From NCBI GenBank assembly GCA_016204255.1, contig JACQLA010000005.1, positions 4,339-68,338 of the forward strand: a stretch of 64,000 bases of DNA, given 5' to 3'. This stretch comes from Candidatus Microgenomates bacterium. GTDB lineage: Bacteria; Patescibacteriota; Microgenomatia; JACQLA01. The notes under the pieces were generated by a model. The model saw nothing but the letters and a program-made list of their open reading frames with translations. It did not search any database and was not told the origin of the DNA. Shown piece after piece: positions 1 to 9,912 of this stretch. Both the position numbers and the translations under genes were made by a program. Position 1 is the stretch's first letter; every line of letters starts with the position of its first letter.

Positions 1-162
1 CATTTTTTTGACCTCTGTCGAGACGAGGCGCTTGTTGGTATTGGTTTTTCTTGCAATTTCATTAACTCGAAACTTATTATCTTCGTTGTCAAGAAGAAGT
101 TTAAGCAACGCAACTCGTGATTGGCTACCAAAAAGCCTTGCAATAGTCTGAATGTCGGCCAT
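1..162 (-). CDS. winged-helix/HTH DNA-binding protein, N-terminal fragment (gene runs off the left edge)
   Basis: Own minus-strand translation from ATG at 162-160: MADIQTIARLFGSQSRVALLKLLLDNEDNKFRVNEIARKTNTNKRLVSTEVKKM. This resembles an ArsR/MarR-type wHTH. It is truncated by the window edge, so it is absent from the ORF track. Confidence 0.45.
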   Translation of the reverse strand, partial: MADIQTIARLFGSQSRVALLKLLLDNEDNKFRVNEIARKTNTNKRLVSTEVKKM

Positions 163-210
163 AGACACCAATTGTATACAAGTGGGTAATATTTGTCAAC
201 AAACCTAAAG

Positions 211-243
211 TTGATTCCTTATATGGTGTGCTAAAATACTAGT
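211..243 (+). promoter_or_regulatory. sigma70-like promoter with extended -10, placed so that the 244 ORF would be leaderless
   Basis: TTGATT (211-216), then TGc-TAAAAT (229-237), then exactly 6 nt to the ATG at 244. There is no Shine-Dalgarno sequence. Confidence 0.4.
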
Positions 244-774
244 ATGGCACGCGGCGAAGGCGATCCTTCAGGAAAAGGTTATCCCGAAGAAAAAAGAAAG
301 CTTCTTAGATCAGTCTCTTTATCACCCACAGCAGAGATGTGGTTTAATCAACTAAAAGAAAAGACCGATCAAAACGAGCTATTACAAACTGCTGGTGAAC
401 CTGAATCGTTCTATATACATGTAGTTGCAGTGGCTCTTATGGAGACCGTCAGACGTAGTCAACCTCGTGGGATTCCTGGGACTCAGTCGCTTGAATCAAT
501 AATTAAATTCATCGATCAGGATGCTCCAGAGGAAGAACAACTATTTGATGCTGAGTTTCTTCCTTTTTCTTGCACTTGGGTTGCTGAAAAATGGCTGAAG
601 GATCATTTAGATTCGAAGCCGGCTCAAATTATAAAATCAGATGGACTATCAGCGCCTCTTTCCATCCATGCGAAACTTTTCTTAGAAATGTACCAGAAAT
701 TTCTTAAAGAAGAGGGAATATCACAGAGAAAACCAGCTTTTAATGTAGTCGCTATATCGCCTCAACAATTGTAG
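244..774 (+). CDS. hypothetical protein (176 aa)
   Basis: Intact ORF, divergent from the wHTH gene. I recognise no family. Confidence 0.5.
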   Translation: MARGEGDPSGKGYPEEKRKLLRSVSLSPTAEMWFNQLKEKTDQNELLQTAGEPESFYIHVVAVALMETVRRSQPRGIPGTQSLESIIKFIDQDAPEEEQLFDAEFLPFSCTWVAEKWLKDHLDSKPAQIIKSDGLSAPLSIHAKLFLEMYQKFLKEEGISQRKPAFNVVAISPQQL

Positions 775-848
775 GATTTCCTCAGTTCATTATTCCGTCA
801 AGATGTAGTTCCGCAGATCGGATTTAGAATGGTCTACTGTGGTCTAAC

Positions 849-3162
<2,314 letters not shown>

Positions 3163-3278
3163 CAATCTCTCTCAAAAATCAACGATAATTAAATGAGATA
3201 CAAAAGCTAGGAGAAGACACAAATTGAGGTATCTTTCCTAAAAGGAAATCTTTTTCTAAAGATTTGGTTCGTATGAAA

Positions 3279-3380
3279 TTAGGCAATGACTAAAATTGTA
3301 ACTAAAGCTAAAAAAGCGACTATGCTTAAAGTTAAAAGATCATCATGTGGGAAAAGACTTGCCTTCCTCTTTTTGGCCAT
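3279..3380 (-). CDS. small membrane protein (33 aa), not in the ORF track
   Basis: Own translation: MAKKRKASLFPHDDLLTLSIVAFLALVTILVIA. This is a basic N-terminus followed by one hydrophobic helix. A strong SD (AAAGGGGGTGG) lies about 5 nt upstream of the ATG. Confidence 0.4.
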   Translation of the reverse strand: MAKKRKASLFPHDDLLTLSIVAFLALVTILVIA

Positions 3381-3448
3381 TTAGCCACCCCCTTTCTAAC
3401 GTAAAAGTGACCCTATTATATTTAGCTTAACTTTAAGCCTTTAACTTG

Positions 3449-4078
3449 TCAATTCTTTCCTATGGTCACAATGGCATCGTAGGAGGCAGAAGAAGAAAGA
3501 GTGGCCGAGGTCGTCCCCAGTTGATACTTCTTTCCCAAATCTTCTTTCAAAAGCGTTAAGGTTTCCTGACTTTTTGCTTCAATTACTGTTTTTTCGAAAT
3601 CCGGCATTTTTTCGGCATTTCCGGTTGACTCAATAGTATAACCAAGACCCTTTAAATAATCGGCGGCTGATCCGGCAGCTCCTTTAACTCCACCGCCATT
3701 TAATACTCGTACGGAAATTGCTTGCCGCTTAAGTTCGGCGGCGGTTGTAGCCGCTCCCTGGGTTGAACCCATAGTTGGTGTTGGCGAGGGTTTTTTAGTT
3801 GGAGTGGGGGTCGGCTTTTTTGTGGGAGTTGGCGTGGAAGTGATCTCGGGTGTGGGAGTGGGAGTTGGTTCGGGCGTTAAAGTTGGTGTTGGCGATACTT
3901 CTTCAACAACTTCTTCGGTAGACTCTTTACCTAAAGTAAATTTATAAGCAACTACTCCGCCGCCAATAATCAAAACTAAAGCCACAACCGTTATTGCCAA
4001 CCAAAGATGCTTGCGCGAGGAGCCTCCCTGAATATTTTGGAGACTTTCCTGACGGGAAAAAGTTGCTCTCTCTTCCAT
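3449..4078 (-). CDS. LytR_C-domain membrane protein with Thr/Pro-rich linker
   Basis: N-terminal TM helix, a (TP)n linker, and a C-terminal block VRVLNGGGVKGAAGSAADYLKGLGY typical of LytR C-terminal domains. Confidence 0.7.
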   Translation of the reverse strand: MEERATFSRQESLQNIQGGSSRKHLWLAITVVALVLIIGGGVVAYKFTLGKESTEEVVEEVSPTPTLTPEPTPTPTPEITSTPTPTKKPTPTPTKKPSPTPTMGSTQGAATTAAELKRQAISVRVLNGGGVKGAAGSAADYLKGLGYTIESTGNAEKMPDFEKTVIEAKSQETLTLLKEDLGKKYQLGTTSATLSSSASYDAIVTIGKN

Positions 4079-4125
4079 AAGTGGGGCCTATTTTAACCCG
4101 ACATTTATTTTTTTTCAAGCCCCGA

Positions 4126-4518
4126 TTATTTGTTATTCTCTACTTTTCCAATAACTGTTTCGGGGCTACCATCTTCTTTTTCAACGGAAAAAATTTGAAA
4201 ATGCTGAGCATCAGGATAGCGTTCCATCCTTGTTTTAACGGTTTTTTCCAAACTCACCCGCATCTGACCATCCCCAACACCCGGAAAACCACCGCAGTTT
4301 GAACCATGAGCCGCCCAACCCATTTGACGCGCTCCATGAGCGTAAGCATAATCAGCAGTTTTGGTACTATCTATTGCTGGTGCCCCGCCTGCTGTCGCCT
4401 CAATCCAGTAACCCGTCGCGGGTAATCCTGTAGCTTCTTGAAATTTTTCCTCCACCTCAGAGTGGAAACGCCGATCAGCACACATTTGTAAAAATCCCCT
4501 GGGTTGACCTCCTGACAT
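4126..4518 (-). CDS. hypothetical 130-aa protein with beta-carbonic-anhydrase-like CxDxR / H..CGG motifs
   Basis: Motifs CADRR (residues 13-17) and HGSNCGG (71-77). SD is GGAGG. Function is not established. Confidence 0.6.
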   Translation of the reverse strand: MSGGQPRGFLQMCADRRFHSEVEEKFQEATGLPATGYWIEATAGGAPAIDSTKTADYAYAHGARQMGWAAHGSNCGGFPGVGDGQMRVSLEKTVKTRMERYPDAQHFQIFSVEKEDGSPETVIGKVENNK

Positions 4519-4593
4519 TTAGAACCTCCTTAAAGTAATAAATTTAGGCGTATAAGGCTGGAATCTTAGCAGATCCAGAATGTTTTTGCAAGC

Positions 4594-6741
4594 CTAGACC
4601 AATGGTCGTGTATATCTTTCCTGGGAAACTTGTAGGGCTTTGACCCGATTTTGAGTCCGACAATCAGGTAATGGGAGAGTTGTGGCTAAAAAAGGGCGGC
4701 TAATGTGCCCTTCGATCGTCAGCTTAACAATGATTTGATGATTTGCCAAGGAGGTAAAATCCGATTCTTTATAAAGTTGATCAAATTCATAGAAAAAACG
4801 GCGGGCGTCACCCGCTCCAACAGCAAAAGACATTAATGTTCCGGCATTGCCTAGAATAGCCGCCTGAACATCTTCCGAAACTTGAGCTATATACTGGTTA
4901 GCTAAAACTAGATTGAGCCGATATTTCCGGGCCTCCGAAAGAATTTTAATAAAGGAGGTAGTAGCAAAATTTTGAAACTCATCGACATAAAGGAAAAAAT
5001 CGCGTCTCTCATTTTCCGGGATACTAATCCGCGACATGGCCGCCAGTTGAAATTTAGTAATGAACATCGCTCCTAAAAGGGCCGCCGCATCCTCACCCAA
5101 GCGCCCCTGTGAAAGATTAAGAATCAGAATTTTCCCTTTATTCATAATTTCTTCAAGGTCAATAGTTGACTGCGGCCGGCCGACAATGTTACGAATAAGA
5201 GGTGAAGAAAGAAACTGTCCAACCTTATTTAAAATTGGCCCGGTAGCTTCAACCTGGAGATTAATTGGCATCCGTTCAAATTCATTTATCCAGAAATTTT
5301 TAATCACGTTATCGGGAATTTTTTCGACAATTTTCTGACGGTAGTTTTTATCGGAAAGAAACTGCGGGACCTCCAGAAAACTTGCGCCCTTTACGTCCAG
5401 TAGGGCAAAAAGACAATTTCTTAAAATATGTTCAAGCCGGGGACCCCAAGTTTGAGCATAAAGTTTATGAAAAATGGCAATAATACCTGAGACAACCAGT
5501 TCCTTTTGTGCCGGATTCTTAACTTCCAGGGGATTAAGAATAAAAGAACGGGCTTGATTTGAGGGATCAAGATAAACCACGTCATTTATTCGAAACGAAG
5601 GAATATAATCTAAAAGAATCTCCGATAAATCACCATGCGGATCAATAACTGCCAACCCTTCTCCTTTACGAAAATCCGAAATAGCCATATTGGCTAAAAA
5701 CGTAGATTTCCCCGTTCCTGTCTTACCAATACTATAGATATGGCGGCGGCGATCCTCTCGCCTTATCCCAAAAGTAGTCGGTTTATTTTTAAATTCTGTC
5801 CGGGCGAAGAAGTTTATATTTTCCTTGTCGGCGTCTTCGGCCACCGGTAAGTTTTCCGGCGGCTCAGAAGGCATGCTTTTAATCCATGAAAGATTGGAAA
5901 CTTTAAGTCCCGCCGGAGGATGCCAAAGACTGGCCACCTCGTCAAGATTAAATATATGATTTCGGGGTATAAATGCGGCTTTTCTTAAAAGAATACTTTT
6001 TAAAAGTTTACCCTTTTGCCAAAGCATGGGTTTTTTAAATGTCAAAGAATTGGCTTCGGCGGAAAAAATACCAAAAGCGCCAGTTAAAGAGGACAGTAAG
6101 GATTCTGCGCGCTCCTGATCTTTAGCGGAGGTCAAAAGTCTAATTCCGACTTGAAAACCAGCCTGACCAATTTTTTGTTCGATGAGCTTATTTGTAACCT
6201 GTGTTTGAAAGCGAACTGAGTCGGGCGTGTCTTTTACCATCGCCCGCCAACCTTTATTTTGCCAGGAAGAGGCTCCAGTTAAAACCATTTGGAAAATCAT
6301 TTTTTCGCCTGGACCGGCCTTGCTTAAAGCGGCCAAAATCGAAGACAGGGGATCAGAATCTTTAAAACTACGCCAGGTACGCAAGGGATAATAGAAGGGT
6401 GCGCTTTGAACCATTTGTCCAAAAGCCAACCGCTCCCCATTTTTAAAAGCCAAATAATCTTTTACCGGAGTAATAACTGCCAGTGGATATTGGGCAGCAA
6501 TTTGACTTTCAAAGTAGGAAGCATTTTTTTGGGGCAAGATAACAAACAAATGAATTGACTGATCAACGACCGCAATTTCTAAAAATATCGTTGGTTTTTT
6601 TAAAAAAAGCAGGCGATCCCAAAGAGAGTATCCAACTAATGATATTAGATTAGCAAAAAATGAAGAGGCTACCTCAAGTGTTTCCTCTGTATCCCGAGGA
6701 ATTTTAACCTCTAGAATCGTCCTTGATTCAGAATCTGTCAT
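4594..6741 (-). CDS. TraD/VirD4-like (type IV coupling protein / DUF87-like) P-loop ATPase
   Basis: Walker A GKTGTGKST, Walker B-like FFLYVDEFQNF, and a C-terminal TraD-like region. ATG at 6741 is preferred over the track's TTG at 6777. Confidence 0.75.
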   Translation of the reverse strand: MTDSESRTILEVKIPRDTEETLEVASSFFANLISLVGYSLWDRLLFLKKPTIFLEIAVVDQSIHLFVILPQKNASYFESQIAAQYPLAVITPVKDYLAFKNGERLAFGQMVQSAPFYYPLRTWRSFKDSDPLSSILAALSKAGPGEKMIFQMVLTGASSWQNKGWRAMVKDTPDSVRFQTQVTNKLIEQKIGQAGFQVGIRLLTSAKDQERAESLLSSLTGAFGIFSAEANSLTFKKPMLWQKGKLLKSILLRKAAFIPRNHIFNLDEVASLWHPPAGLKVSNLSWIKSMPSEPPENLPVAEDADKENINFFARTEFKNKPTTFGIRREDRRRHIYSIGKTGTGKSTFLANMAISDFRKGEGLAVIDPHGDLSEILLDYIPSFRINDVVYLDPSNQARSFILNPLEVKNPAQKELVVSGIIAIFHKLYAQTWGPRLEHILRNCLFALLDVKGASFLEVPQFLSDKNYRQKIVEKIPDNVIKNFWINEFERMPINLQVEATGPILNKVGQFLSSPLIRNIVGRPQSTIDLEEIMNKGKILILNLSQGRLGEDAAALLGAMFITKFQLAAMSRISIPENERRDFFLYVDEFQNFATTSFIKILSEARKYRLNLVLANQYIAQVSEDVQAAILGNAGTLMSFAVGAGDARRFFYEFDQLYKESDFTSLANHQIIVKLTIEGHISRPFLATTLPLPDCRTQNRVKALQVSQERYTRPLV

Positions 6742-6803
6742 GCCTAAATGATACCACAAACAATAATTTTTTCCCAAAATATTTTTAAACCTAGCCTCAA
6801 TAT

Positions 6804-6811
6804 GCTATAAT
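6804..6811 (+). promoter_or_regulatory. extended -10 promoter element for the RNase P RNA gene
   Basis: TGcTATAAT sits 7-10 nt upstream of the P1 stem. Confidence 0.5.
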
Positions 6812-6818
6812 GTACCTG

Positions 6819-7312
6819 TTTAGGAGGCAGGACGATTGCTCCGCCTTTGGCGGAGAGGAAAGTCCAGACCGCAGGAAGCAGGGTGTCCCCGATTTAATCG
6901 GGGAACGCGAAAGCGCTAGTCCTTAAACTCTTTACCCACATGTAAAGTTTAAGGCGGATCCCGAATTAACGGGATACGAGAGCAACAGAGACGAGTGGGA
7001 GTGAAACGGGCAATCCTCCCCGCGGCAACCTCCGATCGACCCGCTTTCCCCGATTTATCGGGGGATTAAGGACGCTTCCCCGAGGGTCAAAGTTTGAGGG
7101 CACCATAAAAAATCCCGACGGTTATCGGGAAATAAAGTGGTCCCCCGATTTTATCGGGGGGAGATAGATGATCGTCACTCTGAGTCCGCCAGCTGGCGGG
7201 TCGAAGAGGAACAGAATCTGGCTTTAGATAGGTATTACCCCGCCTTTGGCGGGGGAACTATCGCAAGACAGTTCTGTTGAAAACAGAATCTGGCTTACTC
7301 GCCTCCTAAACA
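6819..7312 (+). ncRNA. rnpB: RNase P RNA, bacterial type-A-like, unusually long (about 490 nt)
   Basis: P1 is taggaggc (6821-6828) paired with gcctccta (7301-7308). P2 is gacgat (6831-6836) paired with atcgtc (7171-7176). CR-I is GAGGAAAGTCCAGAC (6855-6869). AGCAACAGAGA is at 6981-6991 and CR-V ACAGAATCTGGCTTA at 7283-7297. The ends are approximate. Confidence 0.85.
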
Positions 7313-7325
7313 ATTCATTCTTTCG

Positions 7326-8309
7326 TCATTCTTTTCGGTTCTGAAAAATATCAAGAAGAATAATTTTGGCCATTACAAAAAAGGGGACTGCTAAAAGAGC
7401 CCCTAGTGTCCCCATTAATTTTGCCCCAATCATTAAGGCCAAAATTGTCACCAACGGATCAATCCCCACCGCTTTTTGCATTAATTTTGGAACAATTAGA
7501 TTATTTTCTAATTGCTGTATTACAAAATATAAAGCGGCGGTAGCCAAAGCCAGAAGGGGTGAGATAGTTAGAGCAACAATCACCGCCGGAATTGCGCCGA
7601 TAATAGGACCTATTAAGGGTACGATTTCCAAAAATCCAGCGAATATTGCCAAAGGTAAAGCATAGGGAATGCGTAGCAAAGACAAACCAATATAAGCTAA
7701 GAGGCCGATGATAATCATCAGTAAAACTTCACCCCTCAACCAGCTTCCCAAACCCTTTTCAATTCGATTTAAAAGTTGTGTAAATCTTTCTTCCTGCCCG
7801 AAATTAGAACTTAAAATCTTGGCTAGGTTACGCCAGCGCAAAAGAAGATAAAAAGTGAAGACAAAAACCGTAAAAATAGTTATGATGTTACCAAAAAATC
7901 CTATTGTATAGCGAAAAACATCTCCCCCGAAAAAGATCGTCCTTGAGTCAAATGATTTTAAAATTTCTTGCGTGGGAAGCTGATAGAAAAAAAGCCGATT
8001 GACGGAATCAAATAGAATCGGCAGGCTCTCGCCCAGTTTTTTAGTCTGATCGATCAAGGGAGGCACAAGAAGCCCTATCCCCCCGCCCAAAATAATAAAA
8101 ATTAAAAAATAAATAAGAAGAATTGAAATGGGTCGAGGCACCCTCTTCTGGGCTAGCCACTCAACCGGCGACTGTAGAGCTGAAACCAAAATTAAAGAAA
8201 CGAATAACAGGAGAATTATTTCCCGAATCTGGATAAGCAACCAAATTGAAATGATCAGGGCGAAGGTAAAAAGAATGGTTTTATGAGAAACCTCAATTTT
8301 GCGCGGCAC
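7326..8309 (-). CDS. AI-2E family (PerM/UPF0118) transporter
   Basis: 327 aa polytopic membrane protein with the typical C-terminal block FLEIVPLIGPIIGAIPAV. Apparent GTG start. Confidence 0.8.
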   Translation of the reverse strand: MPRKIEVSHKTILFTFALIISIWLLIQIREIILLLFVSLILVSALQSPVEWLAQKRVPRPISILLIYFLIFIILGGGIGLLVPPLIDQTKKLGESLPILFDSVNRLFFYQLPTQEILKSFDSRTIFFGGDVFRYTIGFFGNIITIFTVFVFTFYLLLRWRNLAKILSSNFGQEERFTQLLNRIEKGLGSWLRGEVLLMIIIGLLAYIGLSLLRIPYALPLAIFAGFLEIVPLIGPIIGAIPAVIVALTISPLLALATAALYFVIQQLENNLIVPKLMQKAVGIDPLVTILALMIGAKLMGTLGALLAVPFFVMAKIILLDIFQNRKE

Positions 8310-9282
8310 AAAAGGATTCTATCATGATTTCTATTTTTTTGTCAAAATCGGGCTGAGTAATATCAAACCATTTAATCTGTTTGTTTTTTTTAAACCATGT
8401 CATTTGCCGGCGAGCATAACTATGCTCATCATATTTCCAGCGACTAATGGTCTCGCTGAGGTTTTGTCTTCCCTCAAAATAAGGTCGCCATTCAAAATAG
8501 CCGTGTCCAGACATTGATACAAGATTCCAAGAATAACCCTTACCGATTAATTTTCTAACTTCTTCTTCAGCACCCATTTTAATTCTCTCCTCGACCCGCT
8601 CATCAATAAACTGATAAAGAATTTTAAATGGTGCTTTTAAACCGATCATTAAGACCTCGAAATTAGTTTCCTGACTTTTCTCTTTGACTTGTGGTTTTCT
8701 CATTTTTTCCGCTATCTCGATTGCCCGAATCAATCTCCGGGGATTTTTCCGATCCGATTCATTCATTGCCTGCCATCTTGTGGTCCAGGCTTTAGATAAA
8801 ATTTCCCCCAATTCATCGATTCCTAGCTCACTTAATTTTTTCCGTAACTTCCAATCCGGAGGTATACCTAAGCTCTTTATGTCTTCCAGTAATGCTTTTA
8901 TATAAAATCCCGTTCCCCCCAATAGGAATGGCAGTCTCCCCCGACACCAAATATCTCTAATAACTTTCCAGGAAAGATCATAATAATCCGCTGCCGTAAA
9001 TGACTGATCAGGATTTACTACATCCAACAACCAAACCGGAACTTCATTAAACCGGTAGGGCTTTATTGCTTGGCTAGCGCTAATTTTAATTTTTAATTTT
9101 TCTTTTCCAATTTTGGTTTTAGCATCTTGAGGCAAATCTTTGCCAGTGCCAATATCCATTCCACAATAAATCTGGCGCGAATCGCATGAGACAATTTCCC
9201 CACAAAACTTTTGGGCCATTTGAACCCCCAACTTTGTCTTCCCCACGGCGGTCGGGCCGCAAATTACAACAATTTTTTCCAT
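8293..9282 (-). CDS. miaA: tRNA dimethylallyltransferase
   Basis: N-terminal P-loop ICGPTAVGKT, then DSRQIYCGMDIGTGK, and overall MiaA-like sequence. Confidence 0.9.
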   Translation of the reverse strand: MEKIVVICGPTAVGKTKLGVQMAQKFCGEIVSCDSRQIYCGMDIGTGKDLPQDAKTKIGKEKLKIKISASQAIKPYRFNEVPVWLLDVVNPDQSFTAADYYDLSWKVIRDIWCRGRLPFLLGGTGFYIKALLEDIKSLGIPPDWKLRKKLSELGIDELGEILSKAWTTRWQAMNESDRKNPRRLIRAIEIAEKMRKPQVKEKSQETNFEVLMIGLKAPFKILYQFIDERVEERIKMGAEEEVRKLIGKGYSWNLVSMSGHGYFEWRPYFEGRQNLSETISRWKYDEHSYARRQMTWFKKNKQIKWFDITQPDFDKKIEIMIESFCAAQN

Positions 9283-9338
9283 GATTCCTCTCGTTAAAAT
9301 TAACTAATTTTAGCACATAAGCTTAAATTCTCGTTGTC

Positions 9339-9367
9339 TTGACAATTCTTTATTAAAATTCAATAAT
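9339..9367 (+). promoter_or_regulatory. sigma70-type promoter placing the 9374 ORF as leaderless
   Basis: TTGACA (9339-9344), a 17-nt spacer, AATAAT (9362-9367), then 6 nt to the ATG at 9374. No SD. Confidence 0.5.
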
Positions 9368-9373
9368 TAGCTC

Positions 9374-9859
9374 ATGATTAAGGAGCGCCATATTTGGTTT
9401 TTATTGCGTTTGACATTGGGTTGGCTTTTCCTTTGGGCATTTCTGGATAAACTATTAGGATTAGGTCTCTCTACTCCCGCAAATAAATCCTGGTTAGCAG
9501 GTATCTCTCCTACTGCGGGCTTTTTGAAAAACGCCACCACTGGCCCATTCGCTCCGTTTTTCCATAGTCTTGCAAATAATACTTTTGTCGATGGGCTTTT
9601 TATGGCAGGGCTTTTGTTAATTGGCCTTGCCCTGATTTTGGGCATCGGTTCAAAAATCGCGGGCTTCACTGGCGCGCTACTTATGATCTTAATGTGGCTT
9701 GCTCTTTTGCCACCTAAAAATAATCCTTTTTTGGACGAGCATTTAATTTATTTAGTTATTTTTCTTGGCTTTGCCACGCGAAAATCCGATCATTGGTTCG
9801 GCTTGGGAGAATGGTGGTCTAAAACATCATTGGTCAGGCAACATCGTTTTTTAGAGTAG
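9374..9859 (+). CDS. DoxX-like small integral membrane protein
   Basis: 161 aa with about 4 TM helices. The opening RLTLGWLFLWAFLDKL is typical of the DoxX/DoxD-like family. Confidence 0.55.
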   Translation: MIKERHIWFLLRLTLGWLFLWAFLDKLLGLGLSTPANKSWLAGISPTAGFLKNATTGPFAPFFHSLANNTFVDGLFMAGLLLIGLALILGIGSKIAGFTGALLMILMWLALLPPKNNPFLDEHLIYLVIFLGFATRKSDHWFGLGEWWSKTSLVRQHRFLE

Positions 9860-9912
9860 CCTCTCTGTTCTACCTATTTATCGAGCATTAAACCTCGTGG
9901 CTTTCACTTAAG

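Noticed and set aside
3773-3895. Repetitive ACC/CCA-rich DNA (the TPTPTP… coding region) in the LytR_C gene
   Set aside because: It is a low-complexity Thr/Pro linker within an intact ORF. A similar short PT-rich linker occurs in the 13028 gene. It is not an independent repeat element.
6887-7160. Possibility that the repeated CCCCGA…TCGGGG units form a CRISPR-like or tandem-repeat array
   Set aside because: The units are short hairpins at irregular spacing, embedded between conserved RNase P core elements. There are no cas genes and no constant repeat/spacer periodicity.
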